In this document: positions 25,764 to 35,140 of the stretch, piece by piece | How positions within the stretch are numbered: position 1 is the first letter of the stretch | Layout: each line of letters opens with the position of its first letter | Origin: a virus | Taxonomy: Duplodnaviria > Caudoviricetes | Length of the DNA stretch: 64,000 nucleotides | Reading direction: 5' to 3' (one strand) | Virus record (IMG/VR): IMGVR_UViG_3300046167_000553 | Span: 693 to 64,692 of that record | The notes under the pieces: model-generated | Databases searched by the model: none | Told to the model about the DNA's origin: nothing | Seen by the model: only the letters and a program-made list of their open reading frames with translations | Position numbers and translations under genes: made by a program

Positions 25764-28607
25764 ATGAACGCTTTAGATTTCTTTAAGGCGGTGCTGGGGG
25801 ACTCTGGTTGGTATTGCGCGTTTAGTAAAGACCCGATAGTGCAAAAGTTCTATCAGACCATAGAAGAACTTGACCACGTAACTAAACAGTTTAGCCAGAA
25901 TGAAAAAGATTCCTACTTCGCACTAGCTACATTTAAGAACGGAGATTTAAGAGAAAGCAGCAATGCCTTGCAGATTAAATCTTTCTTTGTAGACATTGAT
26001 GCAGACCACGGAGCAATACGCTATGACAACAAGCAGGAAGCAGTAAAAGAGTTAAGAGGATTCTGTAAAGCACTCAGTCTACCTAAGCCGGTTATTGTAG
26101 ATTCAGGCGGCGGTATTCACGCTTATTGGATTCTTGACGAACCGGTGTCGATGGATGATTGGAAGCCGGTGGCTCTCAGTTTTCGGCAAGCTTGTATAGA
26201 TCACGGATTACGTATTGACCCCAAAGTTACAGGCGACGGCGCTAGGGTGTTACGTACACCTAATACGTATAACACACGGTCGGATACGTATAGCAAGTTT
26301 TTAAGTGACACTGTTAACTACGTACCCTTTTCCCTGTTTGCTGATAAGTTTGATACAGCACCCGCGCCGGTACTGGTATCAGATAACATTGACCAAGCAG
26401 ACAGCGCGTTACTTGATTTACTGCAAAGTAACGTACAAGGAAGCTTCGCCAAAATAGAAGAAAAGAATGAAGTCGGTCAAGGCTGCGCTCAGCTTGACTA
26501 CATACTTAAGCATCAAGACGAAGTTAGCGAACCTTTATGGAGAGCAGGTTTATCTATCGCTAAGTTTTGTGAAGAGTATGACGAAGTAATGCACCGTATG
26601 TCAGAAAATCACCCTGAGTACGATCCTTCAGAAACCGAATACAAGTTATCAAGAATTAAAGGCCCGTACAGGTGTAGTTCTTTTGAAGAAGAGCGCCCTG
26701 AAGGTTGCGAAGATTGTCCCCACAAAGGGCAGATAAATACCCCTTGGTCGCTGGGCAGGAAGATAGCTGAGGCTGAAGGCGAAGAAGTGGTTTCTGATCT
26801 GTTTGATGATCAAGTAACTTATACAATCCCTGAATACCCTAAGCCTTACTTTAGAGGGTTGAACGGCGGCGTGTATATTCGTTCGCAAACTCTGGCTGAT
26901 GATGAGCCTGAAGAACGATTAGTTTATCATAACGACATATATGTAACCCGTAGGATACGTGACCCTGAGCTTGGTGAATCTATAATTGTCAATTTCATCT
27001 TACCACAAGACGGCAAGAAGGAGTTTGTACTACCTCTGACAGCAGCAACGTCACGAGAAGAGTTTAGAAAAGCTATGTCACATCACGGCGTAGTAATGAT
27101 GAAGATGGAAAACCTTATGGCCTATATACAAAAGTGGGTGGAGGAATTGCAATTGAAAAGCAAAGCTGATGAGTCTAGACGACAATTTGGTTGGACTAAG
27201 GGCTTAGACGGTTTTGTAGTCGGCGCTGAAGAAATCACTAAAGACGAGATATTGATAAATCACCCTTCGCCCCCTACAGCTAGGTTCTTTCCAGCGTTTG
27301 AGCCTAAAGGTACTTACGAGAAGTGGCAGGAAATGATCGAAACGTACAATCGACCCGATCTTGATGTGCACCAATTCTGTTTAGCCTTCTGCTTGGGATC
27401 ACCCCTGTTTGAGTTTATACCGAAGATTCAAGGCGGTGGTGTCCATTTGTTCAGTGGTGACAGCGGTTTTGGTAAAACGTCTGTTATGGACGCAGGGAAC
27501 TCTATTTGGGGTGGCCCCAGCTTGCGGATTAAGGGTAAGGATACAGGTAACTTCACAATGAACAGGGCGGAGATATGGAAGAACCTGCCTTTGCTGATAG
27601 ATGAAGTTGGAGATGTGCCGCCTCACGAACTAAGTGCACTTGCTATGGTTATGACCGATGGTGAGCAGAAAGGTCGAATGTCAAGCGGGGCTAACCAAGA
27701 ACGTATCAGGGGCGAACCTTGGTCACTGGGCGTGATGACCAACGGTAATAACAGCTTCATTGAACGTGTATCTACCTTTAAGAATGTACCTCGCGCTGAA
27801 GCACAAAGGATTCTAGAGTGGGAGTGTGACGGTGTTAACTTCAACCAAAACGCCGAAGGGGGAGAAGAATCGGACAGGTTCAATGACCTGCTTGAGAAAA
27901 ACTACGGGTGGGCAGGGCCGATCTTTATTAGATACATATTAAATAACAAGGAAGAAGTACAGAAACTTGTTACAAAGACCAGTCAGGTGCTTAACAAAAA
28001 GCTCAGGCTGGCAGTGCAGAATAGGGTGTGGAAAGCCAATCTAACCGTTGCAATTGCTGCAAATATCATCGCTAACCGTTTAGGGATTTGGTCGTTCGAT
28101 ACCAATTTAATGCTTACGACTAGCGCCAAAATCGTCAAGTATAATCGTGAGAAAGTAGTGACCATTACGCGTAACGCAACAGAAACTATAAATGAATATG
28201 TGGCAGAGAATATACGTAACATATATATCATTAACAGCAAAAAGGATTTACGTAAGCAAGGCATTCATAACAACGCATTGGACAGCTTGGTAAAGAGTGT
28301 TGATCCTTACAAGGTCGTGGGTCGGCTAGAGCCTGATACCGAAATGCTGTACTTGGCAGTCAGCCCTCTGCGTAAATGGTGTTTAGATCAAAGAGTGAAT
28401 TACTCTGAGTTAGACCGTGATCTATGCCGAAACCATAACGCCCATAGAAAGAACAAACGATTACTGGCAGGGCATAATCTTGACACAGGCCCAGTCAAAG
28501 CTTTATGGGTTAACGTTAAGGATATTCTAGACTTGCAGGACGAAGATGCATTACGTGAACTAGAAAAAATAGCCAGCCTAGCAGAAAATGAAGACGATCA
28601 ATCCTGA
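25764..28607 (+). CDS. Primase-helicase (RepB/AEP-like N-terminus, DUF927 and P-loop)
   Basis: FVDID, DSGGGIHAYW, RVLRTP; C...C..C; GDSGFGKT and LIDE. Confidence 0.88.
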   Translation: MNALDFFKAVLGDSGWYCAFSKDPIVQKFYQTIEELDHVTKQFSQNEKDSYFALATFKNGDLRESSNALQIKSFFVDIDADHGAIRYDNKQEAVKELRGFCKALSLPKPVIVDSGGGIHAYWILDEPVSMDDWKPVALSFRQACIDHGLRIDPKVTGDGARVLRTPNTYNTRSDTYSKFLSDTVNYVPFSLFADKFDTAPAPVLVSDNIDQADSALLDLLQSNVQGSFAKIEEKNEVGQGCAQLDYILKHQDEVSEPLWRAGLSIAKFCEEYDEVMHRMSENHPEYDPSETEYKLSRIKGPYRCSSFEEERPEGCEDCPHKGQINTPWSLGRKIAEAEGEEVVSDLFDDQVTYTIPEYPKPYFRGLNGGVYIRSQTLADDEPEERLVYHNDIYVTRRIRDPELGESIIVNFILPQDGKKEFVLPLTAATSREEFRKAMSHHGVVMMKMENLMAYIQKWVEELQLKSKADESRRQFGWTKGLDGFVVGAEEITKDEILINHPSPPTARFFPAFEPKGTYEKWQEMIETYNRPDLDVHQFCLAFCLGSPLFEFIPKIQGGGVHLFSGDSGFGKTSVMDAGNSIWGGPSLRIKGKDTGNFTMNRAEIWKNLPLLIDEVGDVPPHELSALAMVMTDGEQKGRMSSGANQERIRGEPWSLGVMTNGNNSFIERVSTFKNVPRAEAQRILEWECDGVNFNQNAEGGEESDRFNDLLEKNYGWAGPIFIRYILNNKEEVQKLVTKTSQVLNKKLRLAVQNRVWKANLTVAIAANIIANRLGIWSFDTNLMLTTSAKIVKYNREKVVTITRNATETINEYVAENIRNIYIINSKKDLRKQGIHNNALDSLVKSVDPYKVVGRLEPDTEMLYLAVSPLRKWCLDQRVNYSELDRDLCRNHNAHRKNKRLLAGHNLDTGPVKALWVNVKDILDLQDEDALRELEKIASLAENEDDQS

Positions 28608-28791
28608 TGGTATTCAGGTAAACGTTTACTGGGATGCCGCTGTTCGCGGCAGTTCTTTCTTTATACCTTGTATAAACGTAAGCAAAGCAAAGCTACAAGT
28701 TAAGCGGGTGGCTAAAGAAAAAGAGTTACAAATAAAGAGTAAGACTGTAATAGAGCATGGTATTATTGGGTTGCGCGTTTGGATTCAATAA
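28588..28791 (+). CDS. Small hypothetical protein
   Basis: GSSFFIPC and GLRVW motifs, last gene of the replication arm. Confidence 0.75.
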   Translation: MKTINPDGIQVNVYWDAAVRGSSFFIPCINVSKAKLQVKRVAKEKELQIKSKTVIEHGIIGLRVWIQ

Positions 28792-28800
28792 GGCTATAAT
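28771..28800 (+). promoter_or_regulatory. Sigma70-like promoter for a small RNA
   Basis: TTGCGC-18 bp-TATAAT with no ORF downstream. Confidence 0.6.
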
Positions 28801-28806
28801 CGGATA

Positions 28807-28875
28807 CCGCTCTTGTCATGGGGAGGGGTTATTCATGGTAGTCTCCTTTTAGCCCCCCTAACAGGGGGCTTTTTT
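28807..28875 (+). ncRNA. Candidate trans-acting anti-RBS small RNA (~70 nt)
   Basis: Bounded by a promoter and a terminator; contains UUCAUGGUAGUCUCCU, complementary to phage translation-initiation regions. Confidence 0.55.
28851..28875 (+). terminator. Rho-independent terminator at the convergence of the two arms
   Basis: GCCCCC-CTAACA-GGGGGC followed by T6. Confidence 0.88.
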
Positions 28876-31800
28876 ATATCTCCAGTGCGTCCTTAGCCAT
28901 CTGCGCTTGATCTTTGTCCTTGTACCTTATCCCCATAACTCTCTCTTCGACGGCCTTCATCCTGCTTCTAAATGATCGGTCAAAGGTTCCGTCTTTACCA
29001 ATATCAATTCTAAACTTAGAGTTTGCAGGTAGCGAGCGATTAAATTCAATAGCCTCCTTAATCTCATCTGAGTATCCAACCCCGTCACCCATTCGGTATG
29101 CAAGCCAAGCTCTCTTCAGAATCATTGATCGGTCTTGTGCACGCTCAGTCTCTATGCGTTTCTGATTAGATGTAAACCGCTGAGACTCTGTAACCGATGT
29201 AGGCGCAAAGCCTAAGAATTGCCCAGCCAGTGACAATCCTCCGAAGTCATTAGTAATCATATCCCCGCTTGTGGTTTTCGCACCAGACGATCCATACCTT
29301 ATAGCTTTTAAAGGGTTACTAATCGCTGGAGGCAAAAAGCTTTCAGCAGCTCTTGCATAATCGTTTCTCTCCAACGCGCTAAATGCTCTTGGGACTCTAC
29401 TCACTACTCCCCATACAGGGCCAAGGGCCAAGGTTGCGTACAGTTCAGAAGGAGTCTGATCGTAGTTACGGTTGCTACGATAGAGCATATCAGTCAGCGA
29501 GATTCTGTCGGCAACGTTTACTCCCGCAAAGGTGTTTACAAGACCAGTCGATAAGCCAACGCCGATTTTCTTACGTAGCATGTTATCAAAATCGTCCTCG
29601 TCATCGTCAGTCAATATCATATCCCACAGAAAAGCAAATATGCCTATCATTGGAATACCTCTAACTCCCGCAAAAGCAACCGACGCAAGATAAACGTTAA
29701 ATATATGGTTCCGCGCTGCCTCTCTAGCTTCAGGGGTTTCTCCCCCCAGTGCGGCCTTAAACATTTTAAGCTGTAGGTACATCATGCGCGTACCATAGCT
29801 CTTATACATAAAGGCCATTGACATTAGCGGTTTTTGTCCGAAGCGCGTGTTAGACAAGGTGGACATTGCACCGTTCACCATCTGACTATCAGTGATGGCT
29901 TCTCGTGCGGCCTTTTCGTAATCTACCTTATCCCCTGCCTTTCTTTGATCCTCCAGCCTCATCCGATAGCTGGCTAAAATCGTAGCTTCTCTTCGCACTC
30001 TTTCACTGCCTTGCATCAGTGAACCCATTAAGTTGTTAAAAAAAGAAAGTATCGGTCTGCTAGTTTCACCCGTCATTTCACCACTGTCTTGTGTCCATGC
30101 CGTTTGGTGAATCTGACCGTAGTTACGCATGGCATCGACAAGCGGCCTTAGCTCTCTTGAGTTTCTATCGTTACCGCTCAAATCCATATTAGCTAAAGAA
30201 TACCAAGCTCTTTTTTCGCGAACATCCCTTTTTTCAAGACCGCTTTCTTCAATCTCTTTATCGCTTAGCCCTTTAGTGGTGTAGCTTTCCACCGTCGTTT
30301 TCATGGGTGTACTCATAACATCTTTGACGGCTTTTAAAAGTATCTTGTTGGTATTTACAATACCTCTGTCAAACTTAGCATTTAGATGCGGAGCAATGAC
30401 CATCGGCAAAGAAAAGGTATCAATGAGCGCCGAGGATGCGTTTACTCCTAACGTATAGCCATAGGCCACTGTTTTAGCTATGTTCGCTGCGTCTGTAACA
30501 GTTCCCGTAATAGGATTCCGTGCCAGCGCTATACGATTTTTTAATTCTTCACCTATAATCAGCTTTCTTTCGTTTTCTGGGCTGTTGTTTTCGGCTGCAA
30601 TGATCTTCATTTCAGCATCCAACTCAGCCTCAGTTCTAGAAAGCTCATCCCTCATCTTCATGCTATTGATCTTTCTTGCAAGATCAGTCAAAGAAGAGCC
30701 ATAGACATTAACAACGTCATCGTTATATCCAGCTTTGCCTGTACGCTTCTTTAACGCATTCAAGACAGTTCGCTGCGGAGCAGCTTCAATAGCTGTCCTT
30801 ATCAGTTCTTCTTTGATCACTTCAATCTCAGGGGTATTACCCAACCTATTGATAAGGGATAAGCTCTTACCTACAAAGCTGTAAGGTATTTTGTCCCCTG
30901 TGAGATAGTCTGTTAGCTTTGTCGGTGTTCTGATCAGAGGAATTTGCTCTGGTTCTAACAGGTTTTCCTTCAAGAATGCGACACGCGAATCTCGTTCGGT
31001 TGCATTGGGGAACATCTCAAAAGCATCCCTAGCTTTACCTTCTGCATCAGTAAATGTGTAAGACAGAAGATATTTACCTCTGCGCTGCAAGGGGAAGTAA
31101 CCTTCAAGTGCGTTGTTCTTAAAGTGTTCGTACAGTTCGCTGTATATCTTAGTTCCAGTTTCGGGATCAATAGCCCCAAGTGCTACCTCTAACTGACTAA
31201 GCAAATCCTTGTACATTCGGTCATAGTTAGACCTGACCTTTTTGTATTCAAGCTGCCCTCCGTTGTCCTTCAGGCTATTCCATATCGGCTCTAGCTTTTC
31301 GTATGCCGCCCTCTGCTCACCTCTGTACTCATTCTTAGCTTTTCTGAAATCAATCTGAGCCAAAGTGCCGTCCAGTAAAATCTGCTTTAGGTCGGTTAAA
31401 GCTTCGGTGTTTTTCTGTCCCCACTCTTGCAAGTCCTTAGCTGCCGTTACTGCAATTGCTTGCTGATCGCCATACAAACGACCTTCGTACTCACTGATTG
31501 TGTTTTGTATGGGAATAGCTGACTTAAATGCATCTTTAGCGGTATCGACAACTAGTGATAGCTGCAAAGAACCTAACATAGAAGGGAGCGCTTTATTGTT
31601 AAGTCTTTTTATCGCTGCCATCCCTTCTTCTTTTGTTGTTGTTACATCTTGATTTATTATCTTAAGCACTCGCTCATTGTCGGTGATCAAGTTATAGACC
31701 TTGGAAGTAGCAGCAGTAGCACTAGGAGCAAGCAACTGTTCCATTGTATCGTTAAGATCACCACGCGTTGCTATGTTTCCGAATAGTCGTTTTATCGCAT

Positions 31801-34800
31801 CTGTCAAGCGTTGGAAAATACTTTTTCTTTGGCTATCTCTCGGGAACATAAAGCTGAGTTCCCTACGAAAATTAGAATTACCAAAGTATTCAGCGACAAA
31901 TTCATGTATAGTTGATGTTGCGTAACTAGCAGGAAGTTCAGCCTTGGCTTGTTTGTATAGCTTTGTTATTTTTTTAGTAGTTGGGTTTGCTTTACTCTTA
32001 AGTGTTTTATGAGTTAAAGCATGAGCGATTTCATGTAAGACGCCGTGATTAGTTATCGGCTCGTCTTCAAGCAGATATACTGTGTTGGTGCTAACCCGAT
32101 ATTGACCCTTAATTAAAACGCCGTCTTTTTTACCCAAGTCGTCAACAAACTCAATCTTAAGGTCATCCACTAATCCAGAAAACAACTTAGCAATACGTGA
32201 AAGTGCGCCAGTTTCCCGGTTAGACATTATTGTTAACGCTTCTTGCACATCACCACTTCTAAGTGCAGTGGCAGCAGTGCTATCCATAGGCGCGGCTAGT
32301 TCTAACAAACCCTCATGCGCTAGCATATTGAAATCAGACTCAGACAGACCGAATGCTGCTAGGTCACTTTCGGCATCACTCAATGCGCCGGTTTCTTCAG
32401 CGGTAAGGTCTACGGCATCGTCAATTATCTTCTGCTGTTTCTTGGCGGCTTGGCGCTCTCTTCGGTTTTCTTGAGCTTCTTCAGACTCACTCCTACGCTG
32501 CCTTTCTTCAACCTGCCTCTGCTCCATCGCTTTTCTAGCAGCAACGCGATCATCAAAAGATTGGCGTTGTTCAGCTTGACCCTTGTTGGCCTCTACCAGT
32601 ACATCAACTTCTTTCTGCGCTTTAGCAAGGGCTTTCTTTTGAGACTCAGTGCCGCTCTTTTCTATAAACTTAACAGCAAGTTTGGCGCGTTGTTTTGACG
32701 TACCCTCTAGTTCTTTACTGACTCTTGGGCTACCTTCTTCTTTGATTCTGTTAGCTGTTTCGTTGCTGGTGTACCCAAGCTCAGACGCATCAAACGCCAG
32801 TCGCCTAGCCGCAACATCAGGCTCAAACTTACTATAGTAAGTCTTGATGACGTTCACATCTTTAACAGAACCTTTCTTGCTTGCTTGTACCTGCTTAACG
32901 TCCTTGATCTTCTTGTCGGCTACAACAGCAGCGACCTTATCTTCAGGATCGACAGGTTTGGCAACTTTTACTTTAGGCTTGGGGGCTAGTGGAGCAGACT
33001 TAGTTCTTTTTCTGCTTCTAGTATCTGGTACGTCACTCCGAGTACTTGCCACGCTAGGCCGTCCAGTTTGTCCAGCGGCGGGGGCAGTTCGCTCTGTAGT
33101 AGGTATAGCTCGTCTTCGTTGCTGTGTGACGCTTCCGCTAGTACCTTTAGCGCCATCTCCATCTGTTCCTGTGTCAAGTTTAACAGGGCTTTCGACATTA
33201 GCGGTTTCCGTTACTTTTTTTTTACTGACAGGAGCTTTAGGTGCAGCAGATTTAGCTGCCTTTGGAGCTTTCTTTTTTGCAGCTATTTGCGCTGCGGCCT
33301 TAACCGCTGCGTCCCGAGCTACTTTTCTATTAGGTACTGCATTTCCGCTCTTATCGACGCCGAACAGTCCTACATTAGAACCGAACTCACTCTTATCGTC
33401 AAAGAACTTTGTAGTTAACAACTTAGTTCTGTTGTTACCGCTCTTGTTCGCAAAGGCTTGTAGTTCTCTTTTTACGAAAGCCTTTTCTATTGGCTTGTTT
33501 AAGTCCTTGCCCTTAACTCTGGCTCGCACGCGCGCATACTTTGGAACGCTAAGCGCATTTAACATCTCATCGTTTACTACAACCGGCGTTGCTGCTGGTG
33601 TAGCTTCGGATTTGGCTTGAGGTACAACAGGAGCTTTAGCTTTTGCGCCCCTAAACTTATCTTGAACGCGTCCCAAAGGCTGACCTTTTTGACTAAGCAT
33701 TCGCCCTTGTACTGGGGCTGGGGTCTGATCGGTAGTAACAGGCAACTCGCCTTGAACCGCTTGTGTGGGCAGCTTTGTCTGTGGCTCTGCTTTCGGTGCA
33801 GTCACGGCATCTAAACGTTCGCTAGGAAATAAATCACCCTGTCCATCTGAGTCTTTAAGTAGTTCTGATAAAAGGGCAATTTGCTCTGTAGGCTCTTTTA
33901 CGTTTTCTATCTGAGCGAGGGCTGCGTCTAGAGTAGAATCATCAACAGGACGCTGAGGCATGTTCATTTGAGCGGGTCTGTCTTTTCTAGGTTCGTTCAA
34001 CTCCAAAGAGTCAAGTCTGTCTAGTAGACTATCAAGATCGTCTATCTCAGCAGGGCGCTGAGGCATGTTCATTTGTGAAGGTCGGGCTGATCTAGGCTCG
34101 TTTAACTCTAAAGAGTCAAGTCTGTCTAGTAGGCTATCAAGATCGTCTATCTCAACAGGGCGCTGAGGCATGTTCATTTGTGAAGGTCTAGCTCGCCCTT
34201 CGGTTAAAGGGGGCGGGGTCATATCGCTCATAGGATCAAAAGCTGATGGCTGCAAAGGAGCGTCATCCATTGGAGCGTCAGACAACTCCGATTCTATATC
34301 AGGAGCGTCTTCAGACGACGAGACTCTTCCTCTTGAGGGAATCAGTACACTTACGATAGCACCTACAGCCGCGCCAATACCGCCCGACTCTAAAACGCCC
34401 TCCATCAGCGATTCTAATTCAGGATTGTAAATTTTACGCTCGGTTACGTTTTGCAGGTACTCGTAAACAGCTTCTTGTGCACCTTCGTAAGAACCGCCTC
34501 GGATAGCTTTGACTGCTTTACCTTTAATGCCGTTAGGTAATGCCTGTGTAAGTTTAAGTATCCTATTAATAGGAAGGGCTTGCGTAGCACCAATAAGGCT
34601 ACCACTCATAGCAGCTTGATTTCGTTGTTCCTCTGTAGCGCCAGCGGCTCTAGCTCTCTCCGATGCATCACCTGTACCGGCGGCGGCACCCAAACCTGCT
34701 GCTCCCGCAAAACCCGCTACGGGGCCACCTACCATACCGGCAGCTAAATACGGGCCAATTGAACCTAGACCTTCAACAACTTTAGTTAAAGTATCATCTT

Positions 34801-35122
34801 CAAGTCCCGGCTCTCGCTCTGGTCTTAGAGTTTCTGCTGAACTCCTAATGAAATCTCTGGCCTTGTCTTCATATTCTTCTGGCAGCAGAGTCGCTAGACC
34901 CAAAGCACCAAGCTCACCAGTGTTTACTGCCCCGCGACCTAACGCGGGAAAAAAGTCACCAGCCCGTTCGCCAAGCGTAACCTCTTCAGCATCTCTGATT
35001 CTTGCTCTTTCTTTTATGTCTTTTTGACGAACTAATGAAGCAAGCTCTCTGCGACCAATACCCGATGGCCCTTCAACTTCAACAACTTGTCCATTCTGCT
35101 TAGTGACTTCATAGATTGGCAT
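28874..35122 (-). CDS. Very large internal virion / DNA-ejection protein
   Basis: 2082 aa; Gly/Ala-rich hydrophobic N-terminus, low-complexity linker, HEIAH zincin motif; last gene of the virion arm. Confidence 0.8.
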   Translation of the reverse strand: MPIYEVTKQNGQVVEVEGPSGIGRRELASLVRQKDIKERARIRDAEEVTLGERAGDFFPALGRGAVNTGELGALGLATLLPEEYEDKARDFIRSSAETLRPEREPGLEDDTLTKVVEGLGSIGPYLAAGMVGGPVAGFAGAAGLGAAAGTGDASERARAAGATEEQRNQAAMSGSLIGATQALPINRILKLTQALPNGIKGKAVKAIRGGSYEGAQEAVYEYLQNVTERKIYNPELESLMEGVLESGGIGAAVGAIVSVLIPSRGRVSSSEDAPDIESELSDAPMDDAPLQPSAFDPMSDMTPPPLTEGRARPSQMNMPQRPVEIDDLDSLLDRLDSLELNEPRSARPSQMNMPQRPAEIDDLDSLLDRLDSLELNEPRKDRPAQMNMPQRPVDDSTLDAALAQIENVKEPTEQIALLSELLKDSDGQGDLFPSERLDAVTAPKAEPQTKLPTQAVQGELPVTTDQTPAPVQGRMLSQKGQPLGRVQDKFRGAKAKAPVVPQAKSEATPAATPVVVNDEMLNALSVPKYARVRARVKGKDLNKPIEKAFVKRELQAFANKSGNNRTKLLTTKFFDDKSEFGSNVGLFGVDKSGNAVPNRKVARDAAVKAAAQIAAKKKAPKAAKSAAPKAPVSKKKVTETANVESPVKLDTGTDGDGAKGTSGSVTQQRRRAIPTTERTAPAAGQTGRPSVASTRSDVPDTRSRKRTKSAPLAPKPKVKVAKPVDPEDKVAAVVADKKIKDVKQVQASKKGSVKDVNVIKTYYSKFEPDVAARRLAFDASELGYTSNETANRIKEEGSPRVSKELEGTSKQRAKLAVKFIEKSGTESQKKALAKAQKEVDVLVEANKGQAEQRQSFDDRVAARKAMEQRQVEERQRRSESEEAQENRRERQAAKKQQKIIDDAVDLTAEETGALSDAESDLAAFGLSESDFNMLAHEGLLELAAPMDSTAATALRSGDVQEALTIMSNRETGALSRIAKLFSGLVDDLKIEFVDDLGKKDGVLIKGQYRVSTNTVYLLEDEPITNHGVLHEIAHALTHKTLKSKANPTTKKITKLYKQAKAELPASYATSTIHEFVAEYFGNSNFRRELSFMFPRDSQRKSIFQRLTDAIKRLFGNIATRGDLNDTMEQLLAPSATAATSKVYNLITDNERVLKIINQDVTTTKEEGMAAIKRLNNKALPSMLGSLQLSLVVDTAKDAFKSAIPIQNTISEYEGRLYGDQQAIAVTAAKDLQEWGQKNTEALTDLKQILLDGTLAQIDFRKAKNEYRGEQRAAYEKLEPIWNSLKDNGGQLEYKKVRSNYDRMYKDLLSQLEVALGAIDPETGTKIYSELYEHFKNNALEGYFPLQRRGKYLLSYTFTDAEGKARDAFEMFPNATERDSRVAFLKENLLEPEQIPLIRTPTKLTDYLTGDKIPYSFVGKSLSLINRLGNTPEIEVIKEELIRTAIEAAPQRTVLNALKKRTGKAGYNDDVVNVYGSSLTDLARKINSMKMRDELSRTEAELDAEMKIIAAENNSPENERKLIIGEELKNRIALARNPITGTVTDAANIAKTVAYGYTLGVNASSALIDTFSLPMVIAPHLNAKFDRGIVNTNKILLKAVKDVMSTPMKTTVESYTTKGLSDKEIEESGLEKRDVREKRAWYSLANMDLSGNDRNSRELRPLVDAMRNYGQIHQTAWTQDSGEMTGETSRPILSFFNNLMGSLMQGSERVRREATILASYRMRLEDQRKAGDKVDYEKAAREAITDSQMVNGAMSTLSNTRFGQKPLMSMAFMYKSYGTRMMYLQLKMFKAALGGETPEAREAARNHIFNVYLASVAFAGVRGIPMIGIFAFLWDMILTDDDEDDFDNMLRKKIGVGLSTGLVNTFAGVNVADRISLTDMLYRSNRNYDQTPSELYATLALGPVWGVVSRVPRAFSALERNDYARAAESFLPPAISNPLKAIRYGSSGAKTTSGDMITNDFGGLSLAGQFLGFAPTSVTESQRFTSNQKRIETERAQDRSMILKRAWLAYRMGDGVGYSDEIKEAIEFNRSLPANSKFRIDIGKDGTFDRSFRSRMKAVEERVMGIRYKDKDQAQMAKDALEI
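33945..34197 (-). repeat. Intragenic 114-bp tandem repeats (RPSQMNMPQRP.EIDDLDSLLDRLDSLELNEPR)
   Basis: Two full copies and one partial copy in the translation. Confidence 0.85.
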
Positions 35123-35140
35123 TGTATTATTTACCTAAGC

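Noticed and set aside
32844-33620. 258-aa plus-strand ORF and other antisense ORFs within large genes
   Set aside because: Shadow frames of low-complexity sense genes, with no RBS or protein-like motifs
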